Shown: positions 48,626 to 60,889, counted from the whole stretch's first letter. The stretch: DNA of 63,478 nt, filler included, from an uncultured bacterium (GCA_964506785.1; 17 parts of 17 records of this genome joined end to end with filler, not necessarily neighbours in it); one strand, 5' to 3'. Program-made: numbers and translations. Notes: a model not told the origin generated them from the sequence alone.

Positions 48626-49481
48626 CCATATTAATATCGATATCGCTAAGAGTTTTTGCCTTACTATAATTCTGGTTAAAACGCGAACATTTATCGATAA
48701 GTTTAAGCTCAAGCCGGGAAAGCTGACTGTACCAATTATTCACCAGATCCTTATTGAGAGCCATATACAGGCAGGACTCTTTTAAGGCAATAAGAAAATT
48801 TAGTGCCCCTTCAGGATTTTTCTGGATAAAATCCTCCGAGATTATAACCGCTAAATTAAGAGGTTGTGCCTTTATAACCCTGGCCTTTTTTTTCTGAATC
48901 AAATCCTCTATATAGGGATCCCAACTCATAACAGCATCTACTGAACCGTCAACTAATGCCGCCCGGGAATCCCCCCCGGACATATTGATTAATTTTACAT
49001 CTTTTCCCGGGATTAATTTCGCTTCTTCAAGCCAGGCTAAAATAGGCCGGTGGATGGAAGAACCGAATATAGTCGTAACCTTTTTACCCTTTAAATCTTC
49101 CAATGACCGTATATCCGAATCAATCGGCACCAAAAGACCTGCCCTTCCGGCGCTACCGAAAGAGGCAACAACCCGGGCCGGGAAACCTCTTCCCAGCAGG
49201 ACCACCACGTTCTGCTCGCTGGTAAACGCAGCATCAATCTTACCTGAAAGTAAAGCCTCCATCATCGGCGGCCCATACTGAAAAGGAACCACTTTCCCTT
49301 CGAGTCCATTTTTAGCTAATATGTTGGTCCTTTCTAAAATCTGGCCAATCTGTCCATTAATAAGCGTGCCCACGGCTGGATAGGCAAGGCGAATGGGAAT
49401 AAGATTATCCTCTGCCCGAATAACAATCCGGCCGGATAAAACCAAGAAAATAAAAACCAGCAGAAATAATTTTTTGTTCAT
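48626..49481 (-). CDS. NitT/TauT-type ABC substrate-binding protein (3' partial)
   Basis: Signal peptide, GPPMMEALLSGKID, DLKGKKV, WDPY. Confidence 0.9.
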
Positions 49482-49508
49482 TTTTAACTCCCTTTCAATA
49501 TAATCCGC

Positions 49509-50549
49509 TTATTTTGTAACTACGATTATATCCGAGGGAACATACAAACTATCATCGATTTTTTTTGCTGCTTCTTTCTTCAGTGTAGGGTTTATAGCCT
49601 TTGAAATATCAAAGGGAGAAACCATTTTTTGGGTAGCGGTAAACTCAGCGCTTTTCTCCATCATATCTAAAAAATCATCACTCAAAGCCACATTAATATC
49701 GCTTATCTTTTTTGCATAACGGTAGTTTGAATTCACCCCGGAGCATATTTTTATAATTTCTGGGTCTAACCGCGAAACTTCGCCAAACCACTTATCTACC
49801 TGGTCCTTATGGGTAACCCAGAAAAATACCGCCTCTTTAAGAGATCTGATGAAATTAATTGCTCCATCAGGATACCTTTCAATAAATTTGTCGTTCATAA
49901 TGACTACAGAATAAAAGGGTTCTGCCTCTATAATTCTAAAATTATTTTTTCGCCGGTATTGTTCTACCGCCGGATCCCAAATCATTATGGCATCCAGTCC
50001 GCGCCTTATTAATCCCGGGGCCACTTCATCCCGGCCAACGTTTAATACCTGAACATCTTCACCCGGTTTTAAACCAGCTTTCCTGAGCATCCCTAAAAGA
50101 TTTCGATGCGGGGAAGAACCAAAAGGAATCCCTATTTTCTTGCCTTTTAAATCACCGGTTTGTCTAACCGGGGAATCTTTTAAAACCATAATTGCTCCCC
50201 TGCCCAGATGGCCGAAAGTGGCAATAATTGTGGCTTTATGTCCTTTAGACAGAGGCAAACTGGCCGGGACCTCAGAAGTAAAAGATACATCTACCTTATC
50301 AGACAATAAAGCCTCCATCATTGGAGCTCCATACTGGAAGCCTTTAATATCGGCCCGCAAGTTATTTTTTTCTAGAATATTGGTTTTCAAAAGCACCTGT
50401 CCAACCTGTCCATTTGTCAAAGTAGCCGTAGGATAGGCAACGCGAATGGGAATTTCCCCTGTTTCATTTAATCCACCGGAAACAGAACAAATTTGGAAGG
50501 TGAATAAACCTAATACTACAACTATTAATCCACTAATTATTTTTCCCAT
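49509..50549 (-). CDS. NitT/TauT-type ABC substrate-binding protein
   Basis: GAPMMEALLS, DLKGKKIG..GS, WDP; paralog of the adjacent gene. Confidence 0.9.
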   Translation of the reverse strand: MGKIISGLIVVVLGLFTFQICSVSGGLNETGEIPIRVAYPTATLTNGQVGQVLLKTNILEKNNLRADIKGFQYGAPMMEALLSDKVDVSFTSEVPASLPLSKGHKATIIATFGHLGRGAIMVLKDSPVRQTGDLKGKKIGIPFGSSPHRNLLGMLRKAGLKPGEDVQVLNVGRDEVAPGLIRRGLDAIMIWDPAVEQYRRKNNFRIIEAEPFYSVVIMNDKFIERYPDGAINFIRSLKEAVFFWVTHKDQVDKWFGEVSRLDPEIIKICSGVNSNYRYAKKISDINVALSDDFLDMMEKSAEFTATQKMVSPFDISKAINPTLKKEAAKKIDDSLYVPSDIIVVTK

Positions 50550-51393
50550 TTTTACCTTCCTTTTCCATCTTTATACTGCCTAAAACCTTGGTTAATTTTA
50601 TACCCATCTGGTCTATACCTTTTAATGTTTCTTCCCGCAGGCTCTGGGAAATATAATCTTTCAATTTTAAAAATTGGCTGTTTCCCCTTTTTATTTCGGA
50701 AAGCCTGGGTTTTTCCAAGTCTATCGGCACAATTTCCTTCAGCTTTCCCGGACGGGCACTCATTATAAGAACTCTATCACTTAAAAAAATCGCCTCTTCG
50801 ATATTATGAGTAATGAAAAGCAAGGCCTTATTTGTTTCTCCCCAGATCTTTAAAATTTCTTCCTGCATTATTTCCCGGGTTAACGAATCCAGAGAAGCAA
50901 AAGGCTCATCCATCAATACAACTTCCGGATTTGAGGCCAGGGCCCGGGCAATGCCAACTCGCTGCTTCATCCCTCCGGAAAGCTGGTAGGGATATTTGTC
51001 TTCAAAACCTTTCAAATGAACAAGTTCAATAAAATGACGGGTGATTTCTCTGCGTTCATCTGCGGGAATCCCTTTTGCCTTAAGGCCAAATTCAATATTC
51101 CCCTCTACGGACATCCAGGGAAATAATCCGTACTCCTGAAACATTACTGTCCGCTTGGCACTCGGAGCGGTAATCGGTTCTCCATCATAAGATACCCGAC
51201 CAGTCTCATAGGGAATGAATCCGGCGATTATATAAAGAAGTGTTGTTTTACCACAGCCACTTGGCCCGATAATACCTAAAATTTCGTTATTTTTAAGAGA
51301 AAAAGAAAAATTCTCCAAGACCTGAATGTTTGTTTTGTTGTCCGCTAAAACAAACTTTTTAGATAAGTTTTGAATTTCTATCTTGGATAACAT
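50533..51393 (-). CDS. NitT/TauT-type ABC ATPase
   Basis: GPSGCGKTT, LSGGMKQR, MDEPF. Confidence 0.95.
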   Translation of the reverse strand: MLSKIEIQNLSKKFVLADNKTNIQVLENFSFSLKNNEILGIIGPSGCGKTTLLYIIAGFIPYETGRVSYDGEPITAPSAKRTVMFQEYGLFPWMSVEGNIEFGLKAKGIPADERREITRHFIELVHLKGFEDKYPYQLSGGMKQRVGIARALASNPEVVLMDEPFASLDSLTREIMQEEILKIWGETNKALLFITHNIEEAIFLSDRVLIMSARPGKLKEIVPIDLEKPRLSEIKRGNSQFLKLKDYISQSLREETLKGIDQMGIKLTKVLGSIKMEKEGKNGKNN

Positions 51394-51396
51394 CGT

Positions 51397-51738
51397 TTAT
51401 TTTTTTACCCAGGGAACCAACTTTCGCTCTAAATAGAGCATAAAAAGATTCATTGCTAACCCAATTATTCCAATGGAAATCATCCCGGCAATAACCTTGT
51501 GCGTTTCAAGCAGCATCCGATGCAACTGAATCATATATCCCAGCCCTGATTGAGCAGCGATAAGTTCAGCGGCAATAACACTCATCCAGGCTACTCCTAA
51601 ACCTATTCTCATCCCGGTAAGCACAAAAGGCAAGGCTGAAGGAAAAAGAACTTTAGTAATAACCCTCCCTCGGGAAGCCCCTAAACTTAAGGCCGCATTA
51701 ATATGAACCTTTTCGACGCTTTCCGCTCCGACAAATGA
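51397..51738 (-). CDS. NitT/TauT-type ABC permease (5' partial)
   Basis: PSALPFVLTGMRIGLG..IAAELI..SGLGY. Confidence 0.9.
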   Translation of the reverse strand, partial: SFVGAESVEKVHINAALSLGASRGRVITKVLFPSALPFVLTGMRIGLGVAWMSVIAAELIAAQSGLGYMIQLHRMLLETHKVIAGMISIGIIGLAMNLFMLYLERKLVPWVKK

Positions 51739-51838
51739 NNNNNNNNNNNNNNNNNNNNNNNNNNNNNNNNNNNNNNNNNNNNTTAATTAATTAANNNNNN
51801 NNNNNNNNNNNNNNNNNNNNNNNNNNNNNNNNNNNNNN

Positions 51839-52075
51839 GTAGATGATGGCTTCGCGAAAGCCTGTTATGATGCGGTAATGTCCCATCAGGGTATTGTCCG
51901 TTGCCTCATCCCCTGTGTCGACCAGCAATGGCCGGCTGTTCAGAGAATGTATCTTATTTTTGGTAGCGACAACGATGATATTGTCTTTGCCGACATGCCC
52001 GATGACTTCGGGACTGATCTGCTGATTACCCCTTCCTAACAGGAATCCCTGGCCCCCGATAGGTGTCAGAATAGT
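51839..52075 (-). other. Fragment of an ATP-NAD kinase-family C-terminal domain
   Basis: Manual translation [22 protein letters not shown]...LLVDTGD; no start codon or N-terminus. Confidence 0.65.
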
Positions 52076-53130
52076 TTGGTCGGTTTCCCCTTGATTTTTT
52101 CCAGGTCATCATGGGAATAATTAATCATCCCCCGGGCGATTTCTCTGCCTTTATCATCCTGGAGACTGACCACATCTCCTGCCTGAAACCTTCCTTTGTA
52201 ACCAATTATACCGGAAGGCAGCAAGCTTTTTCCTTTGGAAACCAGGGCTTCTTTAGCCCCTTTATCCAGGAGAATTACCCCTTTGACACTTAAACGAAAG
52301 GCAATCCAGCGTTTGCGGCTGGCCATTTTATCCGACATTTCGGGAAGAAATAAAGTGCCTAAATTCTGGCCGCCGAAAAGTTTGGAGAGAATGTTTTTTT
52401 TGCCTCCATTGGCAATAATCATCTTTTCCCCGGCTTTGGTTACCATTTTCGCTGCCTGAATTTTAGTCCGCATCCCGCCGGTAGCAGTTTCTGCCATCGT
52501 CCCTTCGGCCATAGCCTCTATTTCGGGACTAATCTTATTTATCTCCAGAATAAGCTTAGCCTTTTTATCTTTCCTGGGCTCTCCGGTATAGAGCCCGTCA
52601 ATATCGGATAGTATAATCAGCAAATCTGCTTCAACCAGATTAGCCACCAAGGCAGAAAGAATATCGTTATCACCAACCTTAATCTCCTCTATGGCTACGG
52701 TATCATTCTCGTTTATAATCGGGATGATATTTGAGGAAAGCAAGGTTCTTAAGGTATTGCGGGCATTGAGGTAGCGCTTTCGATCCATTAAATCCTCCTG
52801 GGTAAGAAGGACCTGACCAACTACCTGACGACACCGCCTGAAAAGTTTGTCATAAACAAACATTAACTGACTTTGGCCGACAGCGGCAGAGGCTTGCTGT
52901 AAAGGAATAGTCCGGGGTTTCCCTTTAAACCCGAGACGTCCCATACCGGCGGCAATCGCTCCAGAGCTAACTAATAAAATCTCTTTGCCCTTTTTCCTTA
53001 GAGAAGCAATATCTTTGACAATATTTTCGACTCTTTTTAAATTCAAGGTATGGTTTTCTTTCGTTAATACCCTGGTGCCTACTTTGATGACTATTCTTTT
53101 TGCCTGATTAAATATTTTCTCCCGTTCCAT
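52066..53130 (-). CDS. proB: Glutamate 5-kinase (C-terminus appears truncated)
   Basis: [27 protein letters not shown] domain lacking its final motif. Confidence 0.95.
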   Translation of the reverse strand: MEREKIFNQAKRIVIKVGTRVLTKENHTLNLKRVENIVKDIASLRKKGKEILLVSSGAIAAGMGRLGFKGKPRTIPLQQASAAVGQSQLMFVYDKLFRRCRQVVGQVLLTQEDLMDRKRYLNARNTLRTLLSSNIIPIINENDTVAIEEIKVGDNDILSALVANLVEADLLIILSDIDGLYTGEPRKDKKAKLILEINKISPEIEAMAEGTMAETATGGMRTKIQAAKMVTKAGEKMIIANGGKKNILSKLFGGQNLGTLFLPEMSDKMASRKRWIAFRLSVKGVILLDKGAKEALVSKGKSLLPSGIIGYKGRFQAGDVVSLQDDKGREIARGMINYSHDDLEKIKGKPTKLF

Positions 53131-53131
53131 T

Positions 53132-54402
<1,271 letters not shown>

Positions 54403-54404
54403 TT

Positions 54405-54722
54405 TCAGCCTCCTGTTTCGATTCCTTTTATTTTTACCTGAGTATTAAAAGGTCGATGGCCAATCATCCGGTGATAATTTTCCCGTTTAATATAGCGGTA
54501 AACCCTTATCTTCTTTCCCCTGGCTTGCTTGATTATCTCACCGGTTACCTTTGCCCCTTTGACTAAAGGAGAGCCTAATTTAACCTCTTTTTTATCAGCC
54601 ACCAGCAAAATGTTTTTGAACTCTATTTCCTTTTTCTTGCGGGGCGGAAGATTATTCAAGGTGACTACCTCACCCGGGGCCATCTTATATTGCTTTGAAT
54701 TCACCTCAACAATCGCATACAT
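54405..54722 (-). CDS. rplU: 50S ribosomal protein L21
   Basis: [16 protein letters not shown]; upstream of rpmA. Confidence 0.95.
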   Translation of the reverse strand: MYAIVEVNSKQYKMAPGEVVTLNNLPPRKKKEIEFKNILLVADKKEVKLGSPLVKGAKVTGEIIKQARGKKIRVYRYIKRENYHRMIGHRPFNTQVKIKGIETGG

Positions 54723-54800
54723 GAGCTTTTCCCTTTCTGGTTAAATCAAGGTCATATAGTAGCATATTGATATAGGGCTGTCAACTTTCTTTATTTCGTT

Positions 54801-54852
54801 TGTCAAGCCAAAATAGAAATGTCGTATTGTTACCAAAATAGAAATGTCGTAT
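54801..54852 (+). mobile_element. Possible insertion-sequence end
   Basis: Starts TGT; CCAAAATAGAAATGTCGTAT repeated at 54808 and 54833; contig breaks here. Confidence 0.45.
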
Positions 54853-55010
54853 NNNNNNNNNNNNNNNNNNNNNNNNNNNNNNNNNNNNNNNNNNNNTTAA
54901 TTAATTAANNNNNNNNNNNNNNNNNNNNNNNNNNNNNNNNNNNNNNNNNNNNGATTATATCATTTTTTCACTCTAATTGCCAACGCAACTTTTTTCTGTT
55001 GTAAAGAACA

Positions 55011-55949
55011 TCAGAGATTATACTCCTCTTTTAACTCTTCGATACCTTTACGGGTAACTTCAGCCGATTTGTTTAAGGCTTCTTTTTCCTTCGAATTTAA
55101 TTTTAACTCTATGATTTTTTCAACTCCATCTTTACCTAAAGATACCGGCACACCTAAAAAAATCCCTTCATATCCGTACTCTCCGGATAGACAAATACTG
55201 CAGGGTAAAACTCTTTTAGTATCTTCTATAATTGCCCGGGCCATTTCATAAACAGCCGCCGAAGGCGCATAATAGGCACTCCCTTTCCCCAATAAAGAAA
55301 CAATTTCCGCACCAGCATGGCGGGTGCGTTCAATAACCTCTTCAATTTGTTTCACCGTAAGTTTATCTGAAATCGGCTTTCCCCCAACCTTAGCTAAACG
55401 CATAAGAGAAACCATAGTCTCACCATGTCCACCTAATACCGTCGCTTCTATGGATTGGGAAGGAATTCCTAAAATCTCAGAAATAAAATAACAAAGACGT
55501 GATGAATCTAATACCCCGGCCATGCCCAGAACCTGATTTGGCAGAAAGTTGCCTAAAGCATAAATTAGATAGGTCATCTCATCCAATGGGTTGGTTACAT
55601 TAATGATAATAGCCTCTGGAGCGTTTTCTTTTATTTCTTTGGCAATCAAAGCGGTAATACCTGAATTTTTCTCTACTAGGTCCCTTCGAACCATACCCGG
55701 TTTCCGCGGATATCCAGCAGTAACAATAATCAACTGAGAGTCTTCAATTGCTTTGTAATCTCTCGCCCCGGAAATTTTTGTTTGAAAGCCCATAATTGAA
55801 GAAGACTCGGCTAAATCTAAGGCTTTCCCTCGAGCTATTCCTTCCACAATATCAAGAATGACAATCTCCTTCACTAAATTGCGTTCGGCAATCTTTACCG
55901 CAACATTTGCCCCAACATTACCAGCACCAATAATAGAAATTTTCTTCAT
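55011..55949 (-). CDS. mdh: Malate dehydrogenase (LDH-like)
   Basis: GAGNVG, TAGYPRKPGMVRRDL, GVLDSSR, GGHG. Confidence 0.92.
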   Translation of the reverse strand: MKKISIIGAGNVGANVAVKIAERNLVKEIVILDIVEGIARGKALDLAESSSIMGFQTKISGARDYKAIEDSQLIIVTAGYPRKPGMVRRDLVEKNSGITALIAKEIKENAPEAIIINVTNPLDEMTYLIYALGNFLPNQVLGMAGVLDSSRLCYFISEILGIPSQSIEATVLGGHGETMVSLMRLAKVGGKPISDKLTVKQIEEVIERTRHAGAEIVSLLGKGSAYYAPSAAVYEMARAIIEDTKRVLPCSICLSGEYGYEGIFLGVPVSLGKDGVEKIIELKLNSKEKEALNKSAEVTRKGIEELKEEYNL

Positions 55950-55967
55950 TTAATTTTCCATAAAGTT

Positions 55968-57668
55968 TTAGGTTGCTTCTTTAGATAAGTTTTTTTCGAT
56001 AATATAATTTTCTAATACAAGATAATCCATCTGGCTCCTTTGCAAACAGTCTATAGCCTCTTCAGGAGTACAAACTATAGGTTCCCCTCTTAAATTAAAA
56101 GAAGTATTTAGAACAACCGGCACACCAGTTATATTTTCAAATTCTTTAATTAACTGCCAAAACCTAGGGTTTGTTTGTTTACTTACGGTTTGAACTCTGG
56201 CCGTTCCATCAACATGGGTTACAGCTGGGATAGTGGCTTTTTTCCCTTCTATTACCCGAGAAGCTAATAACATAAAAGGAGAGGAGGTTTTTAATTGAAA
56301 AAACTCACCAGCTCTCTCTTCCAAAACAGCAGGTGCATAAGGCCGAAAAGATTCCCTTTTTTTTATCTTGGCATTTAATATATCTTTCATGTCAGGATTA
56401 CATGGATTTGCCAATATAGAGCGGTTGCCAAGAGCCCTCGGTCCCCACTCCATCTTTCCTTGAACCCAACCTATTGTTTTATCTTCTGAAAGCTTTTTTG
56501 CAATATATTTTGTTAATTCTGGATCTGATAATCTTTTGAATTTTATTCCTAGATTTATCAAAATTCGCTCTATTTGATTCAAGGAAAAATCTGGACCAAA
56601 ATAAGCATCTTTCATAATGTAATTTCTCTTATTCCCCAAAACAGAATGGTAAAGATAAGAAGCTGCACCTAAAGCTCCTCCACTATCGCCAGCGGCCGGC
56701 TGAATAAAAATCTCCTTAAAAGGAGTCTCTTCAAGAATTTTACCGTTGGCCACACAATTTAAAAATACCCCTCCAGCCAAACAGAGATTATTTACCCTTG
56801 TTTCATTATATAGATTTCTTGCAATGGTTATTAACGTCTCTTCAATAAATACTTGAAGACTCGCTGCTATATCACAGTGTCTTTCCTCAATTTTATCTTC
56901 TGAATTTCTTTCTTTCCCAAAAGCCTCTACTAACCTTTTGCTATACATCTTCAACCCTTTATTAAAGGCGAAAAATGCCATATCAAGTTTAAAACTACCG
57001 TCGGATTTAACAGTAATAATCTCCCTGAATTTATTAAGATATTTTGGTTTTCCATAAGCAGATAAACCCATCACTTTACCTTCACCTTCAAATACTTTGA
57101 ACCCAAGATAAGTGGTAATTATTGCATAAAGCAAACCTAATGAATCAGGATAGATTATCTCTTTAAAAATCTTGATATTATTTCCTCTGCCAAACCCCAA
57201 AGTTGTGGTAGCCCATTCGCCTACTCCGTCTGCCGTTAAAATAGCCGCTTCTTCATATGGAGAAACCAAAAAGGCGCTAGCGGCATGAGATAGATGATGT
57301 TTTATGAAGAATGTCTTTCTTTCATACCCAAGTTCTCTTTTGAGCACTATCGGCAAGATCAATCTATCGGCCAGCCAGCTTGGTGTTGTATCCAAAAAAT
57401 TCTTTAGAGAAAATGGATAAGACCTCAAATGTCTTAAGATGACTCTGGAGAACTTTAGGAAAGGTTTCTCGTAGAAACAAATGTAATCAATATCATAAAT
57501 TGTCAAATCACCTGCTTGTAGACAAAAATTAGCCGCATTAAGAGGGAAAACAGACGAATATTTTTCTCGATTAAACCTCTCTTCTTGAGCGGCTGCAATA
57601 ATTTCTCCATCTTTTAAAAGGCAGGTGGCAGAGTCATGATAGTAACACGATAGTCCTAATATATTCAC
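55968..57668 (-). CDS. Carbamoyltransferase (NodU/CmcH family)
   Basis: YHDSA, QEERF, HHLSHAAS, GPRALGNRS, NTSFN. Confidence 0.95.
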   Translation of the reverse strand: MNILGLSCYYHDSATCLLKDGEIIAAAQEERFNREKYSSVFPLNAANFCLQAGDLTIYDIDYICFYEKPFLKFSRVILRHLRSYPFSLKNFLDTTPSWLADRLILPIVLKRELGYERKTFFIKHHLSHAASAFLVSPYEEAAILTADGVGEWATTTLGFGRGNNIKIFKEIIYPDSLGLLYAIITTYLGFKVFEGEGKVMGLSAYGKPKYLNKFREIITVKSDGSFKLDMAFFAFNKGLKMYSKRLVEAFGKERNSEDKIEERHCDIAASLQVFIEETLITIARNLYNETRVNNLCLAGGVFLNCVANGKILEETPFKEIFIQPAAGDSGGALGAASYLYHSVLGNKRNYIMKDAYFGPDFSLNQIERILINLGIKFKRLSDPELTKYIAKKLSEDKTIGWVQGKMEWGPRALGNRSILANPCNPDMKDILNAKIKKRESFRPYAPAVLEERAGEFFQLKTSSPFMLLASRVIEGKKATIPAVTHVDGTARVQTVSKQTNPRFWQLIKEFENITGVPVVLNTSFNLRGEPIVCTPEEAIDCLQRSQMDYLVLENYIIEKNLSKEAT

Positions 57669-57696
57669 TAGTTACCTTTATCAATAAAAAGCAATA

Positions 57697-57897
57697 TTAA
57701 ACTCCAGCATAAATAAATGAGATGATAATGGTAGGCCCAATATAAAAAACCAAAAAAGCAAGAAGAGTTAGAATAAGAAATATTGGAATTAAAAAGAATA
57801 ATTTCTCTTTTCTAACCAGATGAAACATCTCTTTTAAAATATAAAAAAACTTGGCAAATATAATCTTTAGTGCATCAAAAATTTTATTCATAATCAA
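57697..57897 (-). CDS. Small membrane protein upstream of the carbamoyltransferase
   Basis: KEKLFFLIPI...SFIYAG; resembles SxtK-like small proteins. Confidence 0.65.
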   Translation of the reverse strand: MIMNKIFDALKIIFAKFFYILKEMFHLVRKEKLFFLIPIFLILTLLAFLVFYIGPTIIISFIYAGV

Positions 57898-58071
57898 TCC
57901 TATAAAATCATCTTTACAATTCCAATCCGAATCTTNNNNNNNNNNNNNNNNNNNNNNNNNNNNNNNNNNNNNNNNNNNNTTAATTAATTAANNNNNNNNN
58001 NNNNNNNNNNNNNNNNNNNNNNNNNNNNNNNNNNNAAAATAGAAGTGTTCCCTTTCTCATATTTTGATTTT

Positions 58072-59091
58072 TTACTTTCCGAAAAGGTTTTTGTATGACC
58101 CGTATCCCTCTTTCTCTAAATCTGCCCTGGGGATAAAGCGTAAGGCACTGGAATTTATGCAATAACGCCTCCCGCCAGGAGACGGGCCATCATTAAATAC
58201 GTGGCCTAAATGAGAGTCCGCTTGCTTGCTTTTTACTTCTGTCCGCTTCATCAATAAACGGTTGTCTCCTTTTTCTACTATATTACCAGACTCAAGAGGT
58301 TTGGTGAAACTTGGCCAGCCGGTGCCGGATTCAAATTTTTCAAGTGAACTAAAAAGGACCTCGCCTGAAACTATGTCAACATAAATACCTTCTCTTTTGT
58401 TATCCCAATATTCATTTTGAAAAGGCGGTTCAGTGCCGCCTCTCTGAGTTACTTTGTATTGAAGCGGGGTGAGTTTTGAAACAGCCTTCCCTCTTTTTTT
58501 AAAATATAGTGAACGGCCGGAGCCGTCTCTATAGAGACGGTATTCTTTAGGATTTTTCTTGTAATAATCCTGGTGATAATCCTCTGCTTTGTAAAAGGTA
58601 GAAGCCTTTAATATAGAAGTGACTATGGGTTTTTTAAATTTAGAGGATTCTTTTAATTTTTTCCTCGATTCCTCTGCCAGGTGCTTTTGCTCAGCATCGT
58701 GATAAAAAATAGCTGTCTTGTACTGCGAACCCTTGTCTGTAAATTGACCGAAGGCATCAGCGGGATCAATATTCTGCCAGAAAATATCCAAAAGCTCAGC
58801 ATAGCCTATCTTAGATGGGTCATAGGTTATCTGAATAGCCTCTAAATGGCCGGTCTCTCCGCTGGATACCTCTTTGTAAGAAGGATCCTCTTTGTGGCCT
58901 CCGGTATAACCGGCAGTAACATCTATCACCCCTTTAAGTTTTTCAAAAGGAGGCTCCATGCACCAGAAACAACCGCCGGCAAATGTCGCTTTTTTCATTG
59001 TGTCATTTCCATAAACAAATAGATTTAAAAATGTAAAACTTAATATGACCGCAAAAAAGAGGAAGAAACCTCTGGAGGTAAACATAATCAC
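58072..59091 (-). CDS. msrAB: Peptide methionine sulfoxide reductase MsrA/MsrB fusion
   Basis: [37 protein letters not shown]-terminal export-like segment. Confidence 0.96.
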   Translation of the reverse strand: MIMFTSRGFFLFFAVILSFTFLNLFVYGNDTMKKATFAGGCFWCMEPPFEKLKGVIDVTAGYTGGHKEDPSYKEVSSGETGHLEAIQITYDPSKIGYAELLDIFWQNIDPADAFGQFTDKGSQYKTAIFYHDAEQKHLAEESRKKLKESSKFKKPIVTSILKASTFYKAEDYHQDYYKKNPKEYRLYRDGSGRSLYFKKRGKAVSKLTPLQYKVTQRGGTEPPFQNEYWDNKREGIYVDIVSGEVLFSSLEKFESGTGWPSFTKPLESGNIVEKGDNRLLMKRTEVKSKQADSHLGHVFNDGPSPGGRRYCINSSALRFIPRADLEKEGYGSYKNLFGK

Positions 59092-59112
59092 CTTATTTTA
59101 CCATATAAAACG

Positions 59113-59140
59113 AGAGCCTCAAGGATTATCTTGAGGCTCT
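59113..59140. terminator. Intrinsic terminator hairpin
   Basis: AGAGCCTCAAG-N6-CTTGAGGCTCT with A/T tracts on both sides. Confidence 0.7.
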
Positions 59141-59174
59141 GTTTGTTTTTGTAAAATAGGCGGATTAGTTTTTC

Positions 59175-59369
59175 CTATTGCAGAAGTTTTTTTGCGTTAA
59201 TGACAACGCAAATCGCCGATAGACCAACCAGAGTATAAATAACCCTTGAGATTATAGACATTGCCCCGAAAATCGCAGCAACAAGGTCAAAATTAAAAAG
59301 ACCTACCAACCCCCAGTTTAGACCGCCTACGATGAGAAAAATAACCGCGATTAAATTTATAACCTTCAT
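59175..59369 (-). CDS. DUF378-family small membrane protein
   Basis: IVGGLNWGLVGLFNFDLVAAIFG..SRVIYTLVGLSA. Confidence 0.88.
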   Translation of the reverse strand: MKVINLIAVIFLIVGGLNWGLVGLFNFDLVAAIFGAMSIISRVIYTLVGLSAICVVINAKKLLQ

Positions 59370-59584
59370 ATGAATTTCCCCCGGACAATAGAATATCATA
59401 AAATGAAATCGACTAATACTATATTTATTTTATCTTCTTAGGATGGCAAAGATTCTCCGCCCTTATAGCCGTGCGGCCGCAGCTATTAAACACCATACCA
59501 CTGGCAAGTTTTATCTCTCTCGGTAAAAGGACCACAGGCGTAGCCGCCGGGACCGGCCGGCTGTAAATAAGCGGCATAAATACT

Positions 59585-60178
59585 CTAGGAAGTCTCCTTG
59601 AGGAAAAAATCAGGCGTAACTGCCCTGGCTAAATCTTCCCAGAATTTCTTTCTCTTTTCAGAAGATGGCTCGGATTGAGTGGGAAATTCTAAAAAAGGAA
59701 CCTCGACGCCTTCCCGGGAAAATTCTTCTTCTAAAATCTCAGCCATTATCCCCTTTAAAACAGGCTCGTCAGAATCCGGCTTATCAACAGGATTTGGGGA
59801 TTCAGTCTGGTATCTGTTTACCTTGTGCTTGCCCCAGTGTATGCCGCAGGTAGGACTGTTCTCTAAGCCAATAAAACAAGTGAGGCGATATTTGTTTTTT
59901 ACAAATTCCCTAACCATAAGCATGGGGGTGCGAAGAAGCTCTTTACAGTGATTGCGGAAAAAAATGTTGTCGTATTGCTGCCTTCCTTGAGGATTGCGCT
60001 TTAAGCCCATGGCCGTGGTCTCCGGACAAGGATATTGTATTATTCCCACTTTTTTTTCCATAAGATAATTGGTTAGCTCCTGGGATAACGGGAAATTCTG
60101 CCCTAAAATGTGTACCCGGCAATAGGGATTAACTAAACATTGCGCAATTAAAATTATCCTGCGGTCTTTTTTACTCAT
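59585..60178 (-). CDS. DUF523 / 2-thiouracil desulfurase-like protein
   Basis: QCLVN, QYPCPE, NSPTCG cysteine motifs. Confidence 0.7.
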   Translation of the reverse strand: MSKKDRRIILIAQCLVNPYCRVHILGQNFPLSQELTNYLMEKKVGIIQYPCPETTAMGLKRNPQGRQQYDNIFFRNHCKELLRTPMLMVREFVKNKYRLTCFIGLENSPTCGIHWGKHKVNRYQTESPNPVDKPDSDEPVLKGIMAEILEEEFSREGVEVPFLEFPTQSEPSSEKRKKFWEDLARAVTPDFFLKETS

Positions 60179-60201
60179 AAAATATCGCCTCCTTTAGAAT
60201 A

Positions 60202-60712
60202 CTATAGCTTGCGGCTGTCATAAGCCCAGTGGAGAATCGCCTGACGCTGCTTGATACGACAGCTAAGGTCGCCAGTTTTACAGTTCTTTTTAACCTGAGC
60301 AATGTGACGCCTGATCGCTCGCCACCTCTTAATCTGACGCCTATCCTCACCCGGCAACCTTCGGCCCAGGTAATAGCGGCAGTACCATTGAAACCAGCCG
60401 CGAGGGTCATCCGGATGTATCCAGCCCTTCTTTCTCCAAAAAGAAAGCGGCTGGCTGGCGTTTATGCCAAAATAATTTAGCTTTGGGTCGTGACGATCTT
60501 TGCATAACTTGGCCCGTTTGTACCAGGAGGCGGGGAATTCTCTCCGGCAATCAGTCATGTATTTACCGCCAAAAATACCTAACTTGAGCATCTCTTTGGG
60601 GGTAAGCTCCGGCTTGAATTCGGGATGGAAATTCTTGCCGGCCCGGCTCAGTGCATATATACCGGTAATTCTTCTGCATCTTGTCGCGTACCGTGACGGT
60701 CCTTTTTTTCAT
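60202..60712 (-). pseudogene. Conserved hypothetical protein with apparent +1 frameshift near 60643
   Basis: ATG 60712 frame (MKKRTVTVRDKMQKNY) joins the PEFKPELTPKEMLKLG...DPRGWFQWYCRYY frame if one base is removed; span is 511 nt. Confidence 0.65.
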
Positions 60713-60889
60713 NNNNNNNNNNNNNNNNNNNNNNNNNNNNNNNNNNNNNNNNNNNNTTAATTAATTAANNNNNNNNNNNNNNNNNNNNNNNNNNNNNNNN
60801 NNNNNNNNNNNNAAAAAACATTTTATCGGATTTTTGATAAAATATCAAATCTTTATGAGTATTTCACAATTCAATTCGTTAGAAAATGA

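Noticed and set aside
59410-59580. Possible small Cys-rich gene remnant (CGRTA..ENLCHPKKIK)
   Set aside because: Fragments fall in different frames with no clear family; too weak to call.
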